DNA of 63,382 bases, the filler included, from Rhabdomonas costata (Eukaryota): NCBI GenBank assembly GCA_019059605.1. It is 44 parts of 44 records of this genome, joined end to end, with 100 filler letters (N's around TTAATTAATTAA, not from the genome) between each part and the next. Parts side by side here need not be neighbours in the genome. Positions count along the whole stretch, not along the records: positions 23,087 to 24,426 come from JAHMHO010018772.1; positions 24,527 to 25,869 come from JAHMHO010018773.1; positions 25,970 to 27,312 come from JAHMHO010018774.1; positions 27,413 to 28,755 come from JAHMHO010018775.1; positions 28,856 to 30,198 come from JAHMHO010018776.1; positions 30,299 to 31,641 come from JAHMHO010018777.1; positions 31,742 to 33,084 come from JAHMHO010018778.1; positions 33,185 to 34,527 come from JAHMHO010018779.1; 36 more parts are not named here. The stretch is one strand, 5' to 3'. The translations under genes were made by a program, and so were the position numbers. Below, piece after piece: positions 24,426 through 36,767 of this stretch. Positions within the stretch are counted from its first letter, which is position 1; each line of letters starts with the position of its first letter. Below the pieces are notes generated by a model that did no database searches, was not told where the DNA came from, and was given only the letters and a program-made list of their open reading frames with translations.

Positions 24426-25382
24426 CNNNNNNNNNNNNNNNNNNNNNNNNNNNNNNNNNNNNNNNNNNNNTTAATTAATTAANNNNNNNNNNNNNNNNNN
24501 NNNNNNNNNNNNNNNNNNNNNNNNNNGCACAGAGAGTCCTCCCATTCAGTTGCAGTTGGATGGGATGGGAGACTGGTTGTGGTTGGAGACAAAGGGGTGT
24601 GCTTCCGCAAAGAACACCAGGGCTCTGAAGGCCCGTCTCACCCTTCCAAGTCAGGTTAGTGTCCTCTCATCTGTCACACGTGTCCCGAATTCCACATTTT
24701 GATTGAGTTTCCATGCCGTCAAAGTGTCGATGTCGCCGTTGTCAGAATCGGAAAGGCCATTTTTGGCCATCGCTTTCCGCTTTCCGCTTCGGCCCTGATT
24801 CGTTTTTGCACCCCTGGTTGGACTCATGTGGCCATTAATTCGAAAAGAATTTCGCCTGTTTTCTGGAACCAAAACGTGGTTACCGAAATTCTGTATCGTG
24901 GTGGCAGAGACATAGTCCTTGGAGCGTTGACAAAGCGGATAAAGCCGACAGGAAACCCGCCAGAAACCACTTTTGGAGAGGTGATAGCTTTCTTCAGCCA
25001 AAGCGAGGCGCAAATTTGCAGTGTGAAACGTCCGTGCAGATTTGCAAAACCGGTATTGTATTGACTGCCACACCATTTTTGCTCTGCTCAGTGCCTGCTG
25101 TGCCTTTAAACTCTGCTAAACCCCTTTCTTTTTGCTCCCTGTGAGACTTCCCCAATAACCGCCCGCTCACTCACCTACCCATACACACTTGCCTTTTCTT
25201 CCCCACTCCTCCTCCCAACGTTTACATCCTCCCGTTCTCTTTATCCCTAAGTACCCCGCTCCCCCTGCGAAAGACGGGCATGCCTTCGGGGCCTGCCTTC
25301 CCCTTCTCCTTTCCTTCACTGAGGGCCTCTGTGAGGGTCCCTGCTTCCTCCCATTTGGAAGGCTCTCTCACCCTCCCTCAGG

Positions 25383-25537
25383 CCGCGATTGGTTGTGGAG
25401 TGCCCCTGTGGTGGCTGCTTGTGGTTGTGCTGTGCACGTTTACGGTGGTGCCTGCGGTGGCGCTGTGGGTAGGCTCGTGGCGCGCAGGCCAAGCCACTCT
25501 GGCCACCGTGCAGGGCATGGCAAAGGCCTCCCTGGAG
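25383..25537 (+). CDS. Transmembrane exon, possibly the N-terminal TM of a receptor-type nucleotide cyclase
   Basis: AG...GT-bounded GC-rich exon VPLWWLLVVVLCTFTVVPAVALWVGSWRAGQATL. The family guess rests on resemblance only. Confidence 0.35.
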
Positions 25538-25969
25538 GTGCCACGTGTGTGGTGTGTCAAAGTATTGACGATGCTTGATCATTGAGTGTAGGCCTCTCCA
25601 TTCCCGTTGCCCCCAAAAATGCCAGAGGGTTGTGGCTCATGCGCTTTCATTGTGGCTGGATCAATGGTCCCTCGGATTTAGGCTTAGCGAAGATGAGTGT
25701 GATGATCTTGTGACGGCATGCTGCGCTATTCGGGACTTACTGGCACAGTTTCCTGGAAATTTTCTTCTGTCTGCATCCTAGAACGTATGCTGGGGTATGC
25801 GTGGATGCCCCCAGCCCTACAAAAAAAAAGAGGGCGCAAGTTGCTTTCCAGTGCACTCCCAACCCCCCCNNNNNNNNNNNNNNNNNNNNNNNNNNNNNNN
25901 NNNNNNNNNNNNNTTAATTAATTAANNNNNNNNNNNNNNNNNNNNNNNNNNNNNNNNNNNNNNNNNNNN

Positions 25970-26995
25970 CTGCTAGTGCTGACACGAGAAAGCTTCCGAA
26001 TCGCCACCCCCATCGCCGAAGAGGGGACAGAGATGAAGGTGGAGGAGTTGGCGGTGGTGGACGGGCTGCCATCCGGGGAGCTGGCAGGTACCGCCGCGGT
26101 CTTCCCGGCGGCGTACCTGCGCATGTAGCCGTCGTGCAGGCCCCCCACGAAGGCGGGCTGGAAGGCACAGATGGAGCGGCCCACCAGCTCCGAGCTGGGG
26201 TAGCCTAGCGAGGCGCAGAACTCCGGGCTGCAGCTCAGCAGCACCCCGGTGGAGTCTGTGGTGGCCCACAGCTGCTCCTGTGGGTATGTGTGCGCGGCGA
26301 TGGAGCGGCCAGGGGCGGGCTTTTGCATGTGTGTGTGCGCCGGTCCCCTGGGTCCCAGCTGCACACCTCGGGCTCAACACGTCACGTCCTGTCCCCTTCC
26401 GACAGGCAGGAGGGGCTGCGCGACCTCTCCCCAGTGGAAGTACTGCCCCATTGTCTCTGAGGCTCTGGAATGTTTTTCGGGAAGGGCCTGGGTTCCGGAG
26501 CCTAGTGCTGGTCCGCAGAGCAAAGATGACAGTGAACCAACGGCAAAGGTCGCCAGCCCAAAAAGCTCCCCAACCAAAAACCGCATCGCATTCCTCCCCA
26601 CCCTGTCACCCCAATGCAAATAACTCCAAGAACGCCCCAGAACAACTGAAAGTCTTCGCCTGGGAGTGTATGCCAGGACTTCAACCACTTCAACAGTGAT
26701 GGTTATCACAGCTGAGGACCTCATCCTTGGGAAGGGAAGGATACCACAACCCACACACGAACGAACGCAAAACAAAGCGGAAACAACCTCCTTGCGGAAG
26801 TCGATCTGGTGCTCGTCGTCGCCAGCATTCTTCGCAGCGTTCAGCATCACCGAGCTGATCATGCCGTACACCTTCAGCCACGCTGCCTTGGTCTCCTCGG
26901 TCATGTTAGGGCCCAAAGTCTTGGCCAGGACCTTGATCAGGGCCTCACCAACCAATGGATAGTGCAGCGCGGTCACGCCGTACTTCAGGTGCCGC
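25970..26995 (-). CDS. Globin-PAS fusion sensor protein, two exons (partial)
   Basis: Exon 26995-26788 reads RHLKYGVTALHYPLVGEALIKVLAKTLG...AAWLKVYGMIS (globin F-H helices). It is joined by a phase-0 GT-AG intron to an exon from 26277 reading TDSTGVLLSCSPEFCASLGYPSSELVGRSICAFQP...HDGYMRRY (PAS). Confidence 0.85.
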
Positions 26996-29900
26996 CTGCG
27001 ACCCCCCCCCACCATGCACCCATCCGATAGGCTACCATCCTGGTTACCATCTTCGTGGTAAAAGGCCACTTGAACAAGCGAATCTGTCCACCTTGCTACA
27101 GCCTTCAACAGGAGCCACGACCAGCCGGTCGGTCAGTCGCTCGGTCGCTGGGTAGGAACGACTTGGCGAGCGCCGCGGGCAGCGAACAGTCCAGGGCGCA
27201 TCACCGCACAAAAATTCGTGGTAACGCTATTCCTACAGATAGCACCCAAAAGTTCCCGGGCCACTTAGCACCCATATTCACAACTAAAAGTTCACATAGT
27301 GGCCCCCCAACCNNNNNNNNNNNNNNNNNNNNNNNNNNNNNNNNNNNNNNNNNNNNTTAATTAATTAANNNNNNNNNNNNNNNNNNNNNNNNNNNNNNNN
27401 NNNNNNNNNNNNTTTGTTTGGTCACCGTTTTCCAACGATCACATTATGAGAATAAACTGTGCGTTAATGCGGGTTTGGTGAAGCTGGGTCACTGGGACTG
27501 TATAAGTTTGTATAAGTTTGTTTATGTTTGTGCGCGAAAGAAAAAGACGAAGGAGAAGGGGAAAACGGGAAAGAAAAGGGGAAGAAAAAATGCTGTCCAA
27601 GTCAAGACGCGCGCAGCCTGGGTGCTCGCACGGAGGGTCCTATAGCACTGCCAGGTGCCGCTCCGGCTCACCACAAGACAGGCCAGGATGCCCCCGCCAG
27701 CCCCGCGGGTCCCAGACTTCAAGGAAACCGCGCATACAATCCTTTCTGCTGCCCAACACTGGGGCGCGAAATTCAAGCAAAAGTGGGAATTAGCACGTCG
27801 CCATGAGGCTCTTCCTCTCTGCCCAAACCGGAAAGAAAGCTGGGAAGAAGTACACAGTTCCCGCCCATCCTGCGGCTCGATGGCGGGACTGGAAACAAAT
27901 TACCCCTGCCCACAAGGAGGTCATTGTGAATGCGCACGCGGCGAAAGTGTAGAAGATGCCCGCGCTGCTTCATCCCATTTTTCAACTGCAACAATCAGCC
28001 ACTCTACACCTCACACCTTCCTGTCTCCCACCTTTTCCTTTCTCGCTCACTCGACTTATCAACATTCTGATAAGTACCCACAGCGTTGTGCAAAACTTAT
28101 TGTGCGTCAATGTTGAAAAGTCGTTCCAGCAGTGATGAACTCCCCATGACGAAGAACCAGTAATGCCTCAACATTCACCTTAACCGTTAACCGGGCGAGG
28201 GGACGGGGGTTCCGTCCATTTTTGCAAAATGTTGTCTGGAGTCTTATTTTTGGAAAAAGATGGCTTTTAAGGAGTTTGTAGCACCTAAATTAAGGTTTCG
28301 GAAATGATTTGCGAAAACACGAGTCATCATGTGTCATGGCATCTCTCACTTTCATTAAAAACCAACAACCACCATCCTGCAAAAACAGGAGGAATCACAA
28401 CAATGTTCCAGCACACACTCAACCTCCCCCCTCTCAACCCCACTCCAGAAAAAGTACACAAACCAAGCTGCTTCAAGGTCTCCCACGCCCACAGCACCTC
28501 CGTGTGCATCTGGTGCCGGAGCATCGCGCGAAACGACAACACCAGCACGCCCTTTCTCTCTTCTTCAGACTGCTGAGGGGACACACAAGCCATCAAACAG
28601 AGCGGCAGGTTTTCTTGGGATGAAGTGTCCTCAGAAACGGAATGTTTTCTTGCTTACGCGTGTGACATGTGCGGATGTGTGATGGGGTGCGAGTGAGGAG
28701 GAGAGGAGGAGAGGAGGAAACAAGCAACCGTTACCATAGACCGTAAACCAAATATNNNNNNNNNNNNNNNNNNNNNNNNNNNNNNNNNNNNNNNNNNNNT
28801 TAATTAATTAANNNNNNNNNNNNNNNNNNNNNNNNNNNNNNNNNNNNNNNNNNNNTTGTGTGGGGCAAACAAACATTTTGTGGGCATTCTTCAACGCCGG
28901 ATTGTCGCAGAAACACCACCAAAGCGGCGTTGAAGAATGCCCACAAAATGTTTGTTTGCCTCACAGCAACTGATAATCCAGAGACCTGCAATAATTGTAA
29001 CGGAAACAAGAAACAAGAACTGATGTTCCACCCTATTCAACTTTCTCTTTCAAAAATTGACCAGAAAGAAACGGCACGTTTGTTTTTCCATATAGAGAAA
29101 TGTTACCTTCCGTGCAATGACACGGCACCATATGGGTTTGGTGAGATTACGCGTGTCGTCTGCTGACTTAGGGCTTAAGTCCCACCTCCTCCCTGTTGAC
29201 AGGAGGGGGGACTTTGAACGGCATAACGACGTTATGCGGCATAACTACGATAGATGGAAACAACGTAACACGGCAACAACGGGAAGTTGGAACAGAAGGC
29301 ACGTTGACTATTTAATATATATAATAAGGATTGTGGGCGGAATTACTGCTCGTGGCACAATGGGAATCCTCGTGCCTTCTAGCAACTAGCCAGCAGCCCT
29401 TCCTGCAGGCTGGAGGCGATGATCCCGTCATATGGGGGTTACTCTGGGCACTAAAGACCAACCCAACGACAACAGTTTCACCGCGTTTCATCCGATCTTA
29501 GCACCCAAAAGACAACCTAACTATCGTTATCAGTGTTCATCGCGGTTTCCCTCCCTCCTTTCGTCAGTTTTGATTGTGCCATATGACTGTTTCGTTACAT
29601 TGCAACCAAATCCATCTCCTCCCTCGTTTCACGCACCCTATTCAACAGCAGGGCTTTCCCACCCCCGTTGTAAAGGCTGTAGTGAGCTTTCTTCAAAGTG
29701 TTCCCCGGTACCCTTCCTCGTGGCCCCATTAGACTTTCTTTTCTATGTCTCGTGGCCTTTGACCACAGGGGAAATACCTCAGACCATGTACTATCAACTT
29801 TAGCTGCGAAGCGCCCTTTTTCCGCCATTATTGCCTTTGGGGTTCTTGGTGAAGAATTTTCGACCAGGCAACCTTTGACCATTAAAAAATACAGCTCGTT

Positions 29901-30537
29901 GTTAACATTCATGTAGCTTTATTATCATTCATCTGGGTCACATTTTGCATTCATCATACTGGGGACTCGTGCCTGAGCTGCTTAGAAGAACAAAAATCTG
30001 GGTTCATTGGTGCAAAAAGGTGCAGAAAGGCATTTCGACCAACCCATCAAACCAAAAAGACCCTCGTGATCACACAAAATGGGTGCAGGAACATCCTCAC
30101 AGACTTTTTGCTTTATCTGTTCAGGCAAAAACAAAGACCTGACGCTCTTGGGAATGAGCCCACAAGTTTGCATGCGTCAGATGACACCCAAAACAACANN
30201 NNNNNNNNNNNNNNNNNNNNNNNNNNNNNNNNNNNNNNNNNNTTAATTAATTAANNNNNNNNNNNNNNNNNNNNNNNNNNNNNNNNNNNNNNNNNNNNGT
30301 TGGTTTTGTCTGTCGTCGAACTCTGCTCTGTCGTTCATCATACGGGCTGGTTCAAGATATGGGGCAAGTCTCCAACCTTCATTTACGGAACGGTGATGAA
30401 AGCTTCGATTCCCGTTTCTTTTCTTCCACTTTTCTATTCCTTCTGCCCTTTCTCATTCTTTCTCACTTCGTCTTTTAGTACCGCATCACAGTTGCATGAG
30501 AATCTGTCTGGGCTTTCCATGTATCTGTCTTGTGCAG

Positions 30538-31496
30538 ATCCTGGGCACCCCGTACAGCATGGGCTACCTCTCGCTGAATGTCGCCGTGACCCGAGCCGTG
30601 ACCTTTGCCCAGCTGCAGAACCAGCACGGCGTCAGCACCTCCCCAGCCGCCGCGGCGATCCAAACGGACCTGGACAACACGGAGTTTGACAGCCACTTCA
30701 CGGTCCCGCTTTCCTTTGGCCTCACCACGCCCGCGGCCCCACACCGCATCCTCCTCGTTCTGCCTTGGCACTGCTGCAAGATGAATGACACCTTGCAATT
30801 TGCTTTGAAATGTGCCCCCCTGTACTCAGCACTTGTCAGGTGTCGTGTTGGTTATTTTATTAGGCTGATGTGATTGGGCTGCCTGGGTTGACCACGTACC
30901 CCATCGTGGGGCTATCCTATGCCCTCATCGACACCCAGACCCTAGTCCCGAACTGCACCGGCGCCCCCACAGTGTCGGAGCTGCTGAAGTGGTACTTGTT
31001 TTGTAATGGAAGAATGAACGAGCGGAGTTTGGCACGAAGGTTTTTCGTACCCCAGGTTCAGCGTGGCACCTTCCTCGATGTTGTTTTTCCCTTGAAATCA
31101 GCGAATGTGTATTTCAACCCAGAACGATTCCATCCCGGCGATACCCCCTCCTAAAGGCAGAAGACCTGAATTGCCCGTGGCTGATAGCTTTTCCGTTGTG
31201 CTTGTTTCAAGTGCACAAGTGCCGGTCTTTTTGATTCAGTCGTGTCTTTATCTCAAAGGGTTCTCTCCGACGCGACCGTCCGCTCCACAATGCTGGGGAT
31301 GGGCTACGTGCCCCTGCCCGCGTCGGTGGCCTCGGACTCCGTGGACACTCTGCTGCAGGCGCAGTGCGGGGGCCAGGCCGTCTCACAGGAAATGTTCCTG
31401 CAAGGCGGGGCGTCTAATGAAGCCAGCACGCTGCTGCACACCATGGCCTGGACCTACTCCGCGGTGACTCCCGGCGTGGTGCTCAACCACCAGGAG
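30538..31496 (+). CDS. Protein with tandem PstS-like (PBP type 2) solute-binding domains, three exons (partial)
   Basis: Exons 30538-30702, 30864-30991 and 31259-31496 join in frame: SMGYLS...AQLQNQHG...YPIVGLSYAL...LLKWVL...GYVPLP. A second repeat then starts (LQGGAS...Y....PGVVLNH). Confidence 0.75.
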
Positions 31497-32499
31497 GTTT
31501 GCAGCCCTCTTTTTTTCGTGCACAGCAGACTCCCGTGCAGCCAGCACGTCCGCGTTTGTACCTCAAATCGTCCTGACCCGTTTGTTCAACGAAATCATCA
31601 CACACCTGTTGCAATCAGACTGCTTCCTTGTCCCCCCCACANNNNNNNNNNNNNNNNNNNNNNNNNNNNNNNNNNNNNNNNNNNNTTAATTAATTAANNN
31701 NNNNNNNNNNNNNNNNNNNNNNNNNNNNNNNNNNNNNNNNNGGGTGTGGGGACGGTGTGGATGGAGCTCAGGATGGTTGTTGGCACCACGTGGAGAAGGT
31801 GGGTCAGTCCAACATCAGCTTGTGTGCTGTCAACGCTTCGTGCCATGCCTACGACCGTGGTATCTGCATCTACACTCTCTGCCTTCCAACGGTGACGTCG
31901 CAGGTCGTACACATCTAGTAGAAGGTCCGGTTGTGTGTGGTGTCGGTACGAACATGTGGTCATGCGGTAGTCCAACGTTGGGGCATGGTTACCCTGTTAG
32001 TAGACTGTCACGTGGTGGCATGTGTAGGGTTGGCGTGAGAGGTGACAGGTTCCTTGCTGCTAGGGCGTACCGACCGAACAGCTTGTGGACACCCTCCACG
32101 TACGGACCTTACACATAACACACATGCTACACCCTATCCCTATGCATCGAGGTAGGACACAGGGCCTGTATGTCATCAACGTAGGGTGTGTTACCCTATT
32201 AGTAATGGTTTACGCGTTCTGCGATTGCCTTGCTGTTGGTGGTGGTGGTAGCGTTGGTGGTCGTGGTACGGAGTCAGGGCATCACTCTAACCGGTGTGTC
32301 AGTCCTTGCGCAGTACAGCACCCCGACAACACGGCAGCAGCATCGAGGTAAAGCATCACGTCCTTACTCAGAAGTAGGCATAGAGGATGTAAGCGTCAAG
32401 GCCCCGCAGGGACAGTGCCCATGTCAAGATGAGTCGTCACACTCGCTCCTTGCTGCGCAATGTCGCTCCTGTTCCTCCATGGCTAAGTCATGGTCGCTG

Positions 32500-33075
32500 C
32501 GTCACAATCGCTACGCTCATGTTCCTAGCTCCTTCTTCTGTCACTCCGACTCTCGCTACGCTCGTGTCTTCGTTCCTCCATGGTCGACTCTCACACTCGT
32601 CGCTGCGCTCCTCCTGTTCGTGTCTCCTACGCATTCAGTCGTCGTCACTGCGTTCCTATCGTCGCGTTGCTCCACAATGTCACTCCGTTCCTCCTCCGGT
32701 TCACAATCGACTCTCACTGCGTTCGTGTCTCATGTTCACAGCCATGGTTAAAGGGTTCTGTCACTCACTCGCATCAGCTCGTTCGTTCCTAGGTCGCTGC
32801 GTCACTCCCTCCGGTCGTTCCTTGCTCCTGACGTCGACATTCACTGCGTTCATGTCTCCTCTGCATACGTTCTTTTCATCACGGTTCACACTCGACACTC
32901 TCTACGCTCATGTCTCCTGTTCACTGTGTCGGTCACAATCGCTACGCTCATGTTCCCTCCTGTTGGTATTCTGTCTCTCGTCGCTACGCTCCTCGTTCCT
33001 TGGTCGCTCACTACGCTCGAGTCCCTCGCTACGTTCCTCCTGACGTCACTCCCTCCACTGCGTTCCGGTCGTTCC
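32500..33075 (-). repeat. Strand-specific array of GA-RC-GNA-GY-GA mini-hairpin motifs
   Basis: About 11 exact TC-RC-TNC-GY-TC copies on the plus strand (32508, 32553, 32600, 32645, 32680, 32714, 32841, 32939, 32981, 33008, 33026), plus nested variants. Confidence 0.75.
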
Positions 33076-33234
33076 TCTGCATAANNNNNNNNNNNNNNNN
33101 NNNNNNNNNNNNNNNNNNNNNNNNNNNNTTAATTAATTAANNNNNNNNNNNNNNNNNNNNNNNNNNNNNNNNNNNNNNNNNNNNTGTTTTTTTTTCATTC
33201 GCACTCCTTTGAACACAGGTCATCTGCTAAAAAA

Positions 33235-34527
33235 ATGGCACAGGCGCGAGCCCGTCTGCTCTCCCGGCTACACTCATGCTACGTGGCTTCCTTCTTCTTC
33301 CTGTGCGTGTGGGTCTTCGGAGTGTGCAGCACAGCGATGCAAGACTGGTGGTACCTTAGTCCGATGCAGTACCGCGAGGGGCTGTGGTACGGGTGCATCG
33401 CGGACTACTGCGTGTCCAACCTCTACGAGTACACTGGGGACTGTAATGGCAAGCTCAGCGCGGTGCGGTGCTTCAACATTTTGACGATCATCTTCGGGTT
33501 TCTGACGTGCCTGTTTGGACTGTTCCAGGCCTTCGACAAGGACGGGGTGGGGCCCTTCATCGTGCTCCTGGGATTTCTGGCGGTGTGTGCACTGTCATTT
33601 CCACAGATGCACAGATTTTGAGTGTCTTGTCAAGCTGATACTTCAGCAGTCAAGTTTGCGAATGTGTGAGGCAGAGATGACGAAAAATCCATGAGACCGA
33701 TTCGCGACCAAAACCTGGGACGAACCTTGCATCCGTCCCCAGCGCAGAGACTTCACCGTTTAGTCACCATTCTCCATATACACGTACATACAACACATAG
33801 AAGCTTTGATGAGTTGTTTCACAAATGAAGAATACTAAGTGAAGGCAGGAACTGCCTCGGCATTGCTGGGTGCGTCATCAAGACCTTTTAACAGAACTCC
33901 TCTGAATCAAGCCTGTCGATTCATACGCCAATTTATCTGCACCGGCCAAGTGTTGGTGGAATAAATGTAATCGACAAATTCATGAGACATGCTCTGGTTC
34001 TTTTTCCATGAATGGTGTCCCGGTGCTCCTCTGTTTCTTTGCTTTTTATGAGCTCTGGGGTATGATGAGAAATCCCTTTTTTCCCATCGGGCAAGCGTTC
34101 CGGACTTTAAGCGTTTCGAGGCCTGATACATATTTGAATGTACAAAAGACCCCAACTTTGCTTGGGCGTCGCCCTCAACATATTCCTTCCAACAATCCCC
34201 CCCCTTTTTGAGGGTCGTCTGCCTATTATCCGGAACTTTTCGCGCGGGAGGTTAAGATGTTCTCCACCAATTTTCATTTCACTTGGACTTCGCATGGGGG
34301 GGCCTCCCTTAAGTTGGCCTCGACTTGCCTGACCTGGCCCATCTACTTGGGTTTCCTTTCCGAGTGCATGTCCCTGGGCGTCTCCAAGGGCTCCGGGTTC
34401 GCCTTCGCGGTGACCACCTTTCCCTGCGCCTTTCTGGGGTTCCTTTTTCTGCTCTATGGGATGATCCCTCCTAAAAAGAAGAAGAAGGTGGAGGAACCCA
34501 AACCCAAGCCTCCCGCCCCACCCCCCC
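33235..34527 (+). CDS. Claudin/PMP22/amastin-superfamily four-TM membrane protein, two exons
   Basis: Exon 33235-33582 has TM1, W...GLWYGC...C, TM2 and part of TM3. Exon 34314-34527 has the rest of TM3, GSGFAFAV TM4 and a Lys/Pro tail. The intron is phase 0, GT-AG. Confidence 0.75.
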
Positions 34528-34635
34528 NNNNNNNNNNNNNNNNNNNNNNNNNNNNNNNNNNNNNNNNNNNNTTAATTAATTAANNNNNNNNNNNNNNNNN
34601 NNNNNNNNNNNNNNNNNNNNNNNNNNNGTTTGTGG

Positions 34636-34862
34636 TTTTTCAGCTGTTTCTGTCTTTCCAGTTTCACCCCTATCACTGAATGTCATTCCCTTCTCTTTTT
34701 CGGCAATAGCCAGCGTGATTGCGTCACTACACACATACCATACACGTTCACATGCAGAAAAGACCCCCGGAGGGACGAGGGAAGCCGAGCACAGCCGAAA
34801 AAGAGAAGGGAATGACATTCAGTGATAGGGGTGAAACTGGAAAGACAGAAACAGCTGAAAAA
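34636..34862. repeat. Terminal fold-back inverted repeat (arms about 67 bp)
   Basis: TTTTTCAGCTG...TTTTCGGC is mirrored at ~34794-34862. Confidence 0.9.
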
Positions 34863-35199
34863 GCACAATACCCAAGAAAGGTTCAAAAGGAAATATAACT
34901 AAATTACTCGAAAAGTTAAATAAAAAAGCCGATATACCCGAAAATTGAGGAAGAGGACAACAAAGAAACGGACACGGAAATGATGGGGACACAGAGGAGA
35001 GGAAGGCCGGGAGGGGGACACATTTAACTGTAAAGCCCAAACTGTGCTTGTTTCAAGAATCTGTTCACGCTCGATTAGCTCCAATTGAAACACAAAACGG
35101 ACACCGTTCTATGGGTGATTTGGAGACCGTTTGGGGGGCTTGCTATGTAGCCCATCTATATCGCTTCGTGACGGCTTTGTTGAGTTTTTTTTATAAAAG

Positions 35200-35404
35200 G
35201 GGACTACAACACCTTCGAGCGCACCCGCTGTGAGAACCTGAAGAACCAGGCCAGCCGCCTGGATGCGCAGGAGAAGCAGCGCAAGCACATGCAGGCCTTC
35301 GTGGACCGCTGGCGGTACAACGCCAAACGGGCGAAGATGGCGCAGAGCCGCATGAAGGCCATCGCCCGCCTGGAATTCATCCCCGCCGCGGTGGAGGACC
35401 CCAA
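35200..35404 (+). CDS. ABCF3: ABC-F protein (ABCF3/GCN20) inter-ABC linker exon
   Basis: AG/GT-bounded exon GDYNTFERTR...QRKHMQAFVDRWRYNAKRAKMAQSRMKAIARL. It is absent from the ORF track because it has no start codon. Confidence 0.85.
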
Positions 35405-36601
35405 GTGTGTCCACAATGCATGCGCCTGCAGAATGGTGTGTGTTTGCAAAGATGTTTGGACGGCGTGAAATCCTTGCACGCACCGCCAGCTGCTATGAAG
35501 GAGAACACGGTGGACCATCACATAAAAGCCTCCGCAAAGGGATGCTAAATTAGGCCTAATCTATCCATACCTGACGAAGACAAAGACGAAGAAACCGGAG
35601 GAGAGCAAAGGCAAATTCTGTCGTCTTTTTCAGCCATCCCAGTCTTCTGCCGGGCTTGAATACCATCTCCGTCTCCGTCGTGGTTCGAATCGCCGACGTT
35701 GCTTTTAAAAAATGCATCAGACCGGCAACATGTGGACGATCGACCGGTTCCTCCATGAACGCCTCCCAGTTTGTTCCCGAAACGAAACGAAGTGAGGTAC
35801 GAACGTATTAAGTTGAGGGTTTATAGAAGAGCGTCTGGGTGTCTGCCTATCTTCCTTTCCGCCAGCAACGAAGGTGGAACAAAACAGAGCACGGCAAGGC
35901 ACGGCATAGTCACAGTGAACGTCGTCCAGATAATTCTGGAGGCGAGTGCAGATTCAGCGACAACCACCCCNNNNNNNNNNNNNNNNNNNNNNNNNNNNNN
36001 NNNNNNNNNNNNNNTTAATTAATTAANNNNNNNNNNNNNNNNNNNNNNNNNNNNNNNNNNNNNNNNNNNNTGTGTGGTGGGAGACGGGCGGGATGCAGGT
36101 GAAACAAACAAAGAGAAAGAAAAAGAGAAAGGAAAAGGGAAGAAGGCAATGGAAGAAGCAGAAAGGGGAGGGGTGGAGAGGGGTGGAGAGGGAAGTGAAG
36201 AAAGGGAAAGCGCGAGGGGTCTAATGCCTGTGCATCAGATCATATGATTCTAGACCTCAAAAATTATCGGGCACCGACAGAAGCACGGTCCGAGAATCCA
36301 GGTTGTGTATATCTTTTGCTTGCATTTTAGTTCTGAAAAACACAAAACCTAAAAAACCGAACAACAAAAAAAAACTGCCTTCTGACATGAACCACGCCGT
36401 ACAATGCGGGAAGACGAAGACTCGTCAAAAGGTCTCAATTGCTACAAGACGGAAACAGCAACGTGGACTGGACAAAGGTGACATCTTGCCAAAATAACTA
36501 GCAGGACTAACTTAAAACAACTCCCGCCGAATTCGACATTAACTTTTTCTGTCTCACAGCCCTTCTTGTAAAAGGACCAAGAGGCAGAGGATTGATCGTA
36601 C

Positions 36602-36767
36602 CAATGGTCACCAGGCCATCCAGTACCACAGACAGCTTGTTGGTATCCAAAGCGAGCCCCCGGCTGATATTCTTCACAGTGCTGGCGCCGTACTTGTCCA
36701 GAAACTCAAACACTCCCAGCTCAATCGCGGTGTTCAGGAGCATGGTCAAGTGGAACCCGTGAAAGAG
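36602..36767 (-). CDS. O-methyltransferase (ASMT/COMT-type) dimerisation-domain exon
   Basis: GFHLTMLLNTAIELGVFEFL...GASTVKNISRGLALD..KLSVVLDGLVTIG, with CAG and GT borders. Confidence 0.7.

Noticed and set aside
32230-33043. ORFs of 173 and 204 aa (Ser/Leu/Arg-rich)
   Set aside because: Open frames arise from the A-poor repeat array and have no domain signal.
35109-35521. Minus-strand ORFs of 124 and 105 aa
   Set aside because: They are antisense shadows of the plus-strand ABCF3 exon. Most other short ORFs in the track are similar shadows or intronic noise.
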